A DNA stretch of 64,000 nt from Clostridiales bacterium UBA4080 (GTDB lineage: Bacteria > Bacillota > Clostridia > Lachnospirales > Vallitaleaceae): positions 76,202 through 140,201 of the forward strand of contig DFYO01000019.1 of the NCBI GenBank assembly GCA_002381865.1, read 5' to 3'. A model generated the notes under the pieces. That model worked only from the letters and a program-made list of their open reading frames with translations, was not told the origin of the DNA and searched no databases. Below are positions 11,895-20,125 of this stretch, piece after piece. Position 1 is the stretch's first letter, and each line of letters starts with the position of its first letter. The translations under genes and the position numbers were made by a program.

Positions 11895-13616
11895 TTAATT
11901 AATATCATTTATATTACTAGCAACAATCGTGCCAGTTAATAGTTCCTTAATCTTAGAAGCTTGATTATATGACATAATACTTTCTACAAATTGCTTTTCT
12001 GCCTTAGATTCTATTATTTGCTCTTTGATTTTCGGTATTGATGGGGCGCTCATACTTAGCTCATCTATGCCCATTCCAACAAGTAACCTTGTCATAATAG
12101 GGTCTCCAGCCATTTCACCACATATTCCTACCCATTTTCCGTTTTCATGTGCTGCCTCTGAAACCTTTTTAACAAGCCTCAAGATTGCAATATCAAAATG
12201 CGAATATAGCTTGCTGATTTTTTGATTTCCTCTGTCTACAGCTAATGTATATTGAACTAAGTCGTTTGTTCCAATACTGAAAAAGTCAACCTCCTTAGCA
12301 AATACATCCGCCATAATTGCCGCTGCCGGTGTTTCAACCATAATGCCAAGTTGTATATTTTCACCATACTTTACGCCTTCATTATCAAGTTGCTTTTTAG
12401 CTTCTTCAATTATTTCTTTTGCTTTATTTATTTCTTCAAGGCTGATTATCATAGGCAGCATTATAGCTACCCTTCCATAGGCAGAAGCTCTTAATATAGC
12501 TCTTATCTGAGTAATAAAAATATCTGTTCTTTCCAAACTTATTCTAATAGCACGAAATCCTAGAAACGGGTTTTCCTCTTTGCCTATTTCCAAATAAGAT
12601 AGAGGCTTGTCTCCTCCAATATCAAGCGTCCTTATAACGCATAATTCGTCTTTTAGCTTTTGCACTACATATTTATATGCTTCAAACTGTTCTTCCTCTG
12701 TAGGAAGTCTTTTTTTACCCATAAATATAAATTCTGTCCTAAAAAGCCCGACACCCTTACAGCCGTATTTCAAAGCCTCATCAATATCCTCCGGATTACC
12801 TATATTAGCAGCCAGAATTATTTCTCTGTTATCCTTGGTAATTGCCGGTATTTCATTTAAGCTCATATAATATGCCTTCTTCTTTTCCTCTTCCTTAAGC
12901 TGCTTATTATATTTGTCAATGCTATCTTTGTCTGGCTTCAATATAAGACTTCCATTATAACCGTCAATAATTGCAACATCTTCCTTACTATAGTCGCCTA
13001 TTTCTTCTCCAACGCCAACAACTGTTACAATGTTTTTAGATTTGGCAATAATTACCGCATGAGATGTAGTGCTTCCATTCCCCATAACAATTCCTGCAAT
13101 TTTTTCTTGTGGAAGATTTGCTACAACCGAGGGTTCAATTTCTTTGCCGTATAAAATAATATTATCCTGCTCAAAAACATTTTCCTCTATTCCCAAAATA
13201 ATTTTTAATACTCTTTTTGAAATATCCTTAACATCAACAGCTCTTTCTCTTAAATAAGGATCATCAAGGGCTCCCAGCATATCCGATAATTCTTTTGCTA
13301 CATTTATTATAGCTGTCGGAGCGCAGATATCAGCTTCAATTTGCTGTAAAGTCCCATCATAAAACATTGGATCCTTAAGCATAAGCATGTGTGCTTCCAT
13401 AATATCAGCCTGCTCTCTTTCATCCTCTTTTTTAGCTTTAATCAATATCTCGCTGAGTTGTTTTTCAGCTATAGCGATAGCTTGGTTTAATTTTTGTTTC
13501 TCCTGTTCAGAATCACCCTTTTGATAGGTTTTTAGCTCTTCTTCAAAGCTATCCCTTAATATCATAATTCTGCCAATACCAATACCTTCAACCACGCCCT
13601 TGCCTTTGAACTCCAT
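11895..13616 (-). CDS. ptsI: phosphoenolpyruvate-protein phosphotransferase (PTS enzyme I), full length
   Basis: Active-site region GSTTSHAVIIAKS, FFSIGTNDLVQYTLAVDR, GICGEMAGDP. Start at MEFKGKG (13616) after a GAGGTGG SD. Confidence 0.93.
   Translation of the reverse strand: MEFKGKGVVEGIGIGRIMILRDSFEEELKTYQKGDSEQEKQKLNQAIAIAEKQLSEILIKAKKEDEREQADIMEAHMLMLKDPMFYDGTLQQIEADICAPTAIINVAKELSDMLGALDDPYLRERAVDVKDISKRVLKIILGIEENVFEQDNIILYGKEIEPSVVANLPQEKIAGIVMGNGSTTSHAVIIAKSKNIVTVVGVGEEIGDYSKEDVAIIDGYNGSLILKPDKDSIDKYNKQLKEEEKKKAYYMSLNEIPAITKDNREIILAANIGNPEDIDEALKYGCKGVGLFRTEFIFMGKKRLPTEEEQFEAYKYVVQKLKDELCVIRTLDIGGDKPLSYLEIGKEENPFLGFRAIRISLERTDIFITQIRAILRASAYGRVAIMLPMIISLEEINKAKEIIEEAKKQLDNEGVKYGENIQLGIMVETPAAAIMADVFAKEVDFFSIGTNDLVQYTLAVDRGNQKISKLYSHFDIAILRLVKKVSEAAHENGKWVGICGEMAGDPIMTRLLVGMGIDELSMSAPSIPKIKEQIIESKAEKQFVESIMSYNQASKIKELLTGTIVASNINDIN
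11919..11934 (-). promoter_or_regulatory. sigma-54 (-24/-12) promoter in front of dhaK, inside the 3' end of ptsI
   Basis: Minus strand reads TGGCACGATTGTTGCT (TGGCAC-N5-TTGCT). It ends ~40 nt upstream of the dhaK ATG. Confidence 0.7.
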
Positions 13617-13626
13617 AAATCCACCT

Positions 13627-13893
13627 CTAGTCTTCATAAAAATTATTTGTAATCAAGGTATCCAAGGCTTCTATTGCTTTATCTTCATCTGCTCCTTCTA
13701 CTGCTACTGTCAGCTCCTGGCCTGTTTTAATACCCAAAGACATAATCATCAATAAGCTTTTGGCATTTGCTTTTTTATTATTCCCAAGCAAGGTAATATT
13801 GCTTATATATTGAGAAGAAATTTTTGCAATTTCAGCTGCTGGACGAGCATGTATCCCCAGCGAATTAATTATTGTATATTTATTCTGTTTCAT
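13627..13893 (-). CDS. ptsH: HPr phosphocarrier protein
   Basis: GIHARPAAEI (His15 motif) and AKSLLMIMSLG (Ser46-like). Start at MKQNKY (13893) with a GGAGG SD. Confidence 0.9.
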   Translation of the reverse strand: MKQNKYTIINSLGIHARPAAEIAKISSQYISNITLLGNNKKANAKSLLMIMSLGIKTGQELTVAVEGADEDKAIEALDTLITNNFYED

Positions 13894-13935
13894 TATATAG
13901 TCCTCCATAATTCTTTGAGCAAAAACCTCAGAGCG

Positions 13936-14334
13936 TTATTGAAGCTTTAGTACCTCTCTTGCTAGCTCTGCTGCTTCAATTACTTCATCAATATTTCCTC
14001 CGATAAATGCTTGTACAGCTGCACTTATAGAGCCTTCCATAACTGGAGCGTCTGCAATTTTTGCGTCAATTTTTACTCCCGCTTCTTCTAAAAGTTCAAT
14101 AGCCAGATTAGCACTTAATACCGCACTTCCTAAATCTACAAGAATTACAACGCCTTCTCCGGTATCCGCCATTCTTATAGCCTCGCTGATTCTAACAGCA
14201 TCAGTTCCAATTCCTCCATCCTCCATTCCTCCTGCAGAAACTATTTTCTGATTCGGACCTGCCATTTGCATAGAAAGCTCTGCAATTCCTTCTGCAACCT
14301 TTTTACTATGAGACACTATTACGATTCCAACCAC
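13936..14334 (-). CDS. dhaM: dihydroxyacetone kinase phosphotransfer subunit DhaM (EIIA-Man-like domain only)
   Basis: MVGIVIVSHSKKVAEGI, an EIIA-mannose-type His motif. 132 aa, sits between dhaL and ptsH. Confidence 0.85.
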   Translation of the reverse strand: MVGIVIVSHSKKVAEGIAELSMQMAGPNQKIVSAGGMEDGGIGTDAVRISEAIRMADTGEGVVILVDLGSAVLSANLAIELLEEAGVKIDAKIADAPVMEGSISAAVQAFIGGNIDEVIEAAELAREVLKLQ

Positions 14335-14336
14335 AA

Positions 14337-14972
14337 TTAGCCCTCCATTCCATTTGCTTTATAGTAATCCGTTGCAGCCTTGAGCATAATGTAAAAAGAC
14401 GTTGCACCCGGATCCTGATGTCCAATGCTTCTATCTCCCAAATAGCTTGCTCTTCCCTTTGTAGCTCTGATTGTTTTAGTAAATTCAATTCCTTCCTCGG
14501 CAGCCTTTAAAGCTAAGTCCAGACAATCAGCAATACTTTTACCTTGCTCATGAGCACTTTTTAATGCTTCAATTGCTGGTTCAATTGCATCTATCATAGT
14601 CTTCTCACCCTTAACTGCTTTACCTCTGTCTTTTATTCCAGTTAGTGCAGCTGTCAGCATTTTTTCCATAGCTGTCAAGTCAATTGTTTCTTGCCCCACA
14701 GCTTCTGCTCCCGCTTTCATAAATGCAGTTCCGTATAAAGGACCCGAAGCACCTCCAACTGTAGAAATTAAAGTCATACCCACTTTTTTTAATGTAGCGC
14801 CAACATCCTTATCTTCATCAGTAATCTTAGGAACAACCGCATTGAAGCCTCTAGCCATATTAATACCATGGTCAGCATCTCCTATTGCTCCATCAAGCTC
14901 AGTAAGATATTCTTTGTTTTTAGTAATCTCTTCATTCACAGCCTTTAAGTAGCCATTAATATTTGTTGCCAT
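14337..14972 (-). CDS. dhaL: dihydroxyacetone kinase ADP-binding subunit DhaL
   Basis: LDGAIGDADHGINMARGF, GGASGPLYG (Dak2). Start moved to MATNING (14972), preceded by GGAGG. Confidence 0.9.
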   Translation of the reverse strand: MATNINGYLKAVNEEITKNKEYLTELDGAIGDADHGINMARGFNAVVPKITDEDKDVGATLKKVGMTLISTVGGASGPLYGTAFMKAGAEAVGQETIDLTAMEKMLTAALTGIKDRGKAVKGEKTMIDAIEPAIEALKSAHEQGKSIADCLDLALKAAEEGIEFTKTIRATKGRASYLGDRSIGHQDPGATSFYIMLKAATDYYKANGMEG

Positions 14973-15041
14973 CTTTTTTTCCTCCATTTGATCTTGATAA
15001 TAGATTTGGTATATGGCCCCTATTATCTTGCTAATATAATA

Positions 15042-15057
15042 AGCAAGAAGTGTGCCA
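15042..15057 (-). promoter_or_regulatory. sigma-54 (-24/-12) promoter in front of dhaL-dhaM-ptsH-ptsI
   Basis: Minus strand reads TGGCACACTTCTTGCT, starting 1 nt after the stop codon of the EBP gene. Confidence 0.75.
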
Positions 15058-15058
15058 G

Positions 15059-17101
15059 CTATTTGCATAAATTAAATTTCCTAGCCTTTGCTGCAACCGT
15101 ATTATGTGTAAGTCCTAATACCTTTCCCGCAGCATTAAAGCTTTTATATTTTTCAAGAGCCTTTTCAATAACAATTTTTTCATATTCTTCCCAGGAAAGC
15201 ATATCCACCTCTTTTTCCACAATGCACTCAAAATCATCTGTTTCTATTTGCCTTTGGTTGTCTAAAATATACATTGGAATATTTTCTGCCCTTACAACAT
15301 TTCCTTCCATTAAAATCATAGTTCTTTCCATTACATTTTCCAGTTCCCTGATATTGCCTGGCCAAGTATAATTCTTTAGAGCCCTAAGCGCCTCTTTCTC
15401 GAACATAATTTTATCTTTTCCCAAATCTTCAGATATTCTTTCACAAAAATGTTCCGCGAGAATCGGAATATCCTCTCTTCGATCTCTTAAAGGCGGCAGC
15501 CAAATAGGAATAACATTAAGACGATAGTATAAATCTTCTCTAAACTCTCCATTTTTTACCATTTGCTCTAAATCTTGGTTTGTAGCCGCTACAATCCTTA
15601 CATCTACCTTAATATTCTTTTCTCCACCTACCCTTTGAAATTCCTTGCTCTGAACTACACGAAGTAGCTTAACCTGCATACTTTTATCAAGCTCTCCGAT
15701 TTCATCTAAAAATATAGTTCCTTTATCTGCTAGTTCAAATCTTCCCAGCTTTGTTTTATATGCTCCTGTAAATGAGCCTTTTTCATGTCCAAATAATTCA
15801 CTCTCAATCAGTGTAGGAGGGATGGCTCCGCAATTTACTCTAACAAATGGTTCTGAAGCCCTAGAGCTAGAATAGTGAATTGCTTCAGCTATAAGCTCCT
15901 TGCCTGTTCCGCTCTCTCCTCTAATTAAAACAGTATATTTGCTTGTAGCAGCTTTTGCTGCTGTTGTCATGCAATCATAAAGCTTTCCGCTTACTCCCTT
16001 AATATTCTCAAATGCGGGGCCTAGCTTTTTAACTCTGATTAATTCCTCCTGCAAATAGTCAGCCTTCGCTGATGCCTTGCTCAGCTTTTCCATTAATGTC
16101 TGAACCTCAGTAATATCCTTAATTATGGATATTCCTCCCATTATCTGTTCATCTACTATTAACGGATTAACATTGCTTACAACTGTTACTCCATTCTCTT
16201 TTTTGCTGATTCCACCCCTTACCGCTTTGCCATGTTCAAGAACCTTAACCCTGTCTCCTTCTGGTGACAATTCCCTGACATTAACTCCTATCAATTCCTT
16301 GGCTTTTTTGTCAATTATTTTGCAATATGCTGCATTTACATAAGTAATTTCACCATTATTATCAAAAAAACAAATTCCATCTTGCACAGATTCCAATATC
16401 AATTGATATTTTTCCTTAAGCTCTTTTATTTCTTTTAATTGCCAAGAAACATTTGTAAGCATTGAAACATCTTCAAATATACTGACTGCGCCTCTTATCT
16501 GGTTTTCAACCAAAAGCGGTGAGCTATTAGTTACAACTGTATAATCACCAATGTTTTGAGTATAGCCAATCTCAGTTTTTTTAGTTTGAACGATTTCTGG
16601 CAAAATAGAGTCTGGGAATACATCTCTTATATCCCTTCCAGCAATTCTATCTGCCGGTACATCAAATATTCTTTCAGCCTCCTTATTAAAAAAGGTTACA
16701 ATATTATTTTCATTTATTACAATCAATCCATTTGCAATGCTGTCGAAAATATTTTCTGCTGTCAAAATATTATCCTGTAAGATACTATCAATATCTCCTA
16801 CCGCATTTTGGTCCAATTCGAAATCACCACCAAGATATTCCGCCATTAATATTGATGCTTCTTCAGCACCCTCACCTTCTGTAAGCATTTCAAACTCTTC
16901 TTTAGCTTTAATCTTCATTGAAATCAATAGCAGAATGCTATTTAGCGGCACCTCTTTATATGCCCCCTTTTTCACCTTAAATTCTACATTGTATTTTTTT
17001 TGGAGTTCCTCTGCTTTCTGAACTATCATTGCCGCAACTCTTGCGTGCAAGCCCTTAGCATGTTGCATAACAATTTTTTTACTTATACTCTTTTTAGCCA
17101 T
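15059..17101 (-). CDS. sigma-54-dependent transcriptional activator with N-terminal HPr-like domain, two PAS-like regions, AAA+ domain and HTH
   Basis: N-terminus [12 protein letters not shown] (HPr His motif). AAA+ domain: [21 protein letters not shown] (GAFTGA variant), VRIVAATN. C-terminal HTH: [21 protein letters not shown]. Confidence 0.88.
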   Translation of the reverse strand: MAKKSISKKIVMQHAKGLHARVAAMIVQKAEELQKKYNVEFKVKKGAYKEVPLNSILLLISMKIKAKEEFEMLTEGEGAEEASILMAEYLGGDFELDQNAVGDIDSILQDNILTAENIFDSIANGLIVINENNIVTFFNKEAERIFDVPADRIAGRDIRDVFPDSILPEIVQTKKTEIGYTQNIGDYTVVTNSSPLLVENQIRGAVSIFEDVSMLTNVSWQLKEIKELKEKYQLILESVQDGICFFDNNGEITYVNAAYCKIIDKKAKELIGVNVRELSPEGDRVKVLEHGKAVRGGISKKENGVTVVSNVNPLIVDEQIMGGISIIKDITEVQTLMEKLSKASAKADYLQEELIRVKKLGPAFENIKGVSGKLYDCMTTAAKAATSKYTVLIRGESGTGKELIAEAIHYSSSRASEPFVRVNCGAIPPTLIESELFGHEKGSFTGAYKTKLGRFELADKGTIFLDEIGELDKSMQVKLLRVVQSKEFQRVGGEKNIKVDVRIVAATNQDLEQMVKNGEFREDLYYRLNVIPIWLPPLRDRREDIPILAEHFCERISEDLGKDKIMFEKEALRALKNYTWPGNIRELENVMERTMILMEGNVVRAENIPMYILDNQRQIETDDFECIVEKEVDMLSWEEYEKIVIEKALEKYKSFNAAGKVLGLTHNTVAAKARKFNLCK

Positions 17102-17143
17102 AATATTACCCCTGTTATCAATTAATAGTCACATTATTATAAT

Positions 17144-17159
17144 AGCAAGAATCGTGCCA
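17144..17159 (-). promoter_or_regulatory. sigma-54 (-24/-12) promoter in front of the EBP gene
   Basis: Minus strand reads TGGCACGATTCTTGCT. It ends ~43 nt upstream of the EBP ATG at 17101. Confidence 0.75.
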
Positions 17160-17203
17160 AGTATTATTTGACTTTTTTTCTTGCTATCTGTTAATTATCT
17201 TCT

Positions 17204-17237
17204 TATTTAGATAAAGTTGTCAATAATTATCTAAATA
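17204..17237. promoter_or_regulatory. perfect 11-bp inverted repeat, candidate enhancer (UAS) site
   Basis: TATTTAGATAA-N12-TTATCTAAATA. The centre lies roughly 60 nt upstream of the -24 element at 17154..17159. Overlaps the rpoN stop codon. Confidence 0.4.
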
Positions 17238-18580
17238 TATTCCCTTCTTTTATCTGCTGCCATTATTCCAAGCTGACTTCTGTATTTTGCTACTGTTCTT
17301 CTGGAAATCTTCATGCCTTCTTGCTGAAGCTTCTCAACTATCATCATGTCGCTCAGTGGCTCTCTCTTATTTTCAGCTTTAACAATACTTAATATTGCTT
17401 GCTTTATGCTATCAGAGGAATTATCCTGTTGAATATTTTTCCCAACGTTTTTGCATGAAAAAAAATATTTCAGAGGGTACAATCCCCATTTACACAGGAG
17501 ATATTTATCATTTATTGCTCTGCTAACAGTGGATTCATGCATTTGTGTAATATCTGCAACGTCTTTCAAGTTTAGAGGTCTTAAAAAGCCTTTTCCTTTT
17601 TCAAAAAAATCCTTTTGCTGTTTAGCCAATACCTCTGCAATTTTTTCTAAGGTGTCGTTTCTCTGATTAATGCATTTTAATAGCCAACTTGCATTACTGT
17701 AATTATCACCCAAATACTTTACCAGCTCTTTATCTTGAGTTAATTTCAAATATTTACAGTATTCTGTGTTTATCTTTATATTTGGAATATTTGCTTCATT
17801 TATAGAAATAACCAACCCCATTTCACCTTGTTCAATCACAATATCAGGCTTGATATATTGAGTAATTCCAGAGTAAAATGAAGCTCCTGGCTTAGGATTA
17901 AGCATTTTTATTTCTCGAATAAGCTCCTGTGTCTCAGCTATTTCAATTCCCAGTTCTTCTGCTATATGCTTGATTTTATTATCAGCAATCTTTTCCAAAT
18001 ACTTATCAGCAAGCAGATATGTCAATGTATTCTTTTTCCCCTGATTTTCAAGCTGTATCAGCAAACACTCTCTTAAGCTCCTAGCCCCAACTCCTGAAGG
18101 CTCCATCTTTTGTATTATTACCACAGCCTTCTCTGCTGATTTTTTATCACATCTGAGTTTTTTTGTAATTTCCTCAAGCTCAAAGCTTAAATATCCTTTT
18201 TCATCTAAGCTTTCAACAAGAAATTCTACTATCAATTTAGTTTTTTTATCTAGTTTAAGAAATATTAATTGTTCTTTGAGGAACTCTGATAATGTTTGTT
18301 TAATAAACGATTCATCCTTTATTTCATTTGAAAAATCCTGGTCGTCTTGTCCCTTTTTGTTTTTATGCTTGTAATAATCCGCATCCTCCTGATTCCTTTG
18401 TATTAAAACAGAGCTTTTATCTGATTGTTCGTCATATTCAAGTGCAGGATTACTTAATATTTCTTCATGAATCATTTCTGACAATTCTTCGTTGCCTAGC
18501 TTTAAAATTTTTAATGAATATTCCATTTTTGGCGTCAGTATTAAGTTTTGGGAGTAAATCATATCCATATCAAAATTCAT
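17231..18580 (-). CDS. rpoN: RNA polymerase sigma-54 factor
   Basis: Region I LILTPKMEYSLKILKLGNEELSEMIHEEILSNPALE. C-terminal RpoN box HESTVSRAINDKYL. Confidence 0.93.
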   Translation of the reverse strand: MNFDMDMIYSQNLILTPKMEYSLKILKLGNEELSEMIHEEILSNPALEYDEQSDKSSVLIQRNQEDADYYKHKNKKGQDDQDFSNEIKDESFIKQTLSEFLKEQLIFLKLDKKTKLIVEFLVESLDEKGYLSFELEEITKKLRCDKKSAEKAVVIIQKMEPSGVGARSLRECLLIQLENQGKKNTLTYLLADKYLEKIADNKIKHIAEELGIEIAETQELIREIKMLNPKPGASFYSGITQYIKPDIVIEQGEMGLVISINEANIPNIKINTEYCKYLKLTQDKELVKYLGDNYSNASWLLKCINQRNDTLEKIAEVLAKQQKDFFEKGKGFLRPLNLKDVADITQMHESTVSRAINDKYLLCKWGLYPLKYFFSCKNVGKNIQQDNSSDSIKQAILSIVKAENKREPLSDMMIVEKLQQEGMKISRRTVAKYRSQLGIMAADKRREYI

Positions 18581-18596
18581 TAGCTGTATTCCTTCT

Positions 18597-19790
18597 TTAT
18601 CCCTTTTTAATAGGAAGCCTTATCAAAAAGCTGCTCCCTTGATTTTCTTCACTTTGAGCTTCAATTTCTCCCCCATGCTTATTAACAATAATGTCATAAG
18701 AAATACTTAATCCAAGCCCCGTTCCTCTTTGAGAGGCTTTAGTTGTGTATAGCGGATTGAATATCTTTTCTAGATTTTCGTTATTTATTCCCGGTCCGTT
18801 ATCAGATATTCTAATGCAAACATATTCACTTTCTTTATAGGCATTTATATGTATATGCCCTCGGTCTTCACGATACTGTTTTCTTATTGCTTCAATTCCA
18901 TTAAGCATAACATTCAAGAAAACCTGTCCTAGCTGACTTGAATTTGCCCATATCTCCGGGAGCTTATCTATTTCTTTTGTAATATCAACCGAATCCTTAG
19001 CCTCATTTGCAATAACTATAATTATTTGATTAATAAGACTTTCAATATCGCATATATCATATTCATTTTTAGCCTTTGCCCAAGACAGGTTCAAAAGCGA
19101 TTGAATTATCTGTGAAACCTTTTCTAAAGAGTCCTTTGAGGAATCTATGATCAAACGTACTTCTTCAAAATTCCCCTCTTCAAATTCTCCTTTTTTAACC
19201 TTCTCACAGTAATTTGCCAGCTGTTGAAGATTAAGATACGCTTTTTCAATAGGTTGGTTTATTTCATATCCTATCCCCGCTGCAATCTCTCCAATATTAG
19301 ACATTTTTCTTGATTGCACCAAATGAAACTGTGCATCCTCTAAGAGCTTGTTGGCAATTTTCAGTTCTTCATTTTGACCCTTTACAACCTCCAGCATTTC
19401 TCTAAGCATTCTTGTATTGGCCCTTGTTCTTGCTGCTGCACTAACTCTGGCTTTAAATTCAATTATTTCTATAGGCTTTTGAATATAATCATTTGCTCCG
19501 TATTCAAAGCATGATTTTAAGCTCTCCTTATCATCAAGGGATGTTAACATAATAATCTGAATATCGTTAAATGCATCAATATCACGTACATTTCTAAGAA
19601 CTTCAATTCCGCTCATTTCTGGCATAATAATATCAAGCAAAAGAATATCTATTGCTTCTGTTTCTAATATTCCGATAACATCTTGCGGCCTTTGGCACAA
19701 GATTCCCGTATAATCATTAAAATAGGTTTTCAGATAACCGTCAGCAAACTTTAAATTTAGTTTGTCATCATCTACTACCAGCACTCTCAT
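18597..19790 (-). CDS. REC domain fused to a histidine-kinase-like core whose H-box His is replaced by Tyr
   Basis: REC: VVDDD, LLLDIIMPEMSG, MLTS, IQKPI. H-box position reads AAGIGYEINQPI. The N, G1 and G2 boxes are intact (NVMLNGIEA, DNGPGI, GTGLGLSIS). Confidence 0.8.
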   Translation of the reverse strand: MRVLVVDDDKLNLKFADGYLKTYFNDYTGILCQRPQDVIGILETEAIDILLLDIIMPEMSGIEVLRNVRDIDAFNDIQIIMLTSLDDKESLKSCFEYGANDYIQKPIEIIEFKARVSAAARTRANTRMLREMLEVVKGQNEELKIANKLLEDAQFHLVQSRKMSNIGEIAAGIGYEINQPIEKAYLNLQQLANYCEKVKKGEFEEGNFEEVRLIIDSSKDSLEKVSQIIQSLLNLSWAKAKNEYDICDIESLINQIIIVIANEAKDSVDITKEIDKLPEIWANSSQLGQVFLNVMLNGIEAIRKQYREDRGHIHINAYKESEYVCIRISDNGPGINNENLEKIFNPLYTTKASQRGTGLGLSISYDIIVNKHGGEIEAQSEENQGSSFLIRLPIKKG

Positions 19791-19982
19791 ATTAACACCT
19801 CATTTTAAGCTTAAATTATTATATAAATCTTTGTTATTAGATTATATCCTATATGTTAAATTTTTTCTATTCTTTTTCTAAAAAAGCCTATTTTTTTGTT
19901 AATATGATTATTCTTGCCAAATTGTCAGTATTTAACATGCTATTAATTTTACTTATACTCATTCTCTTATTATTGTCTTTCT

Positions 19983-20065
19983 CAAGAATAGCTTTCGGTG
20001 AACGCGTTTCTTGTATAATAGAAAAGTTTGGTCTCTTGCAAGCAAGACGAACTTTCCTATTATAC
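19983..20065. repeat. structured intergenic repeat, copy 1 (conserved 30-nt head plus long bulged hairpin)
   Basis: Positions 19983..20061 match 55853..55931 at 74 of 79 positions by my alignment. The hairpin spans 20013..20065. Confidence 0.8.
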
Positions 20066-20095
20066 AAAAAAATGACTGGACATAATGTCCAATCA
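20066..20095 (-). terminator. rho-independent terminator of glmS
   Basis: TGATTGGACA-TTA-TGTCCAGTCA followed by T7 on the minus strand. Confidence 0.75.
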
Positions 20096-20125
20096 TTTAT
20101 ATGCTGTAATATTTATTATTTATTT

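Noticed and set aside
17204-17237. Reading the 11-bp inverted repeat as the rpoN intrinsic terminator
   Set aside because: The stem is entirely A/T-rich and no U-tract follows on the minus strand. It is kept as a candidate protein-binding site instead, at low confidence.
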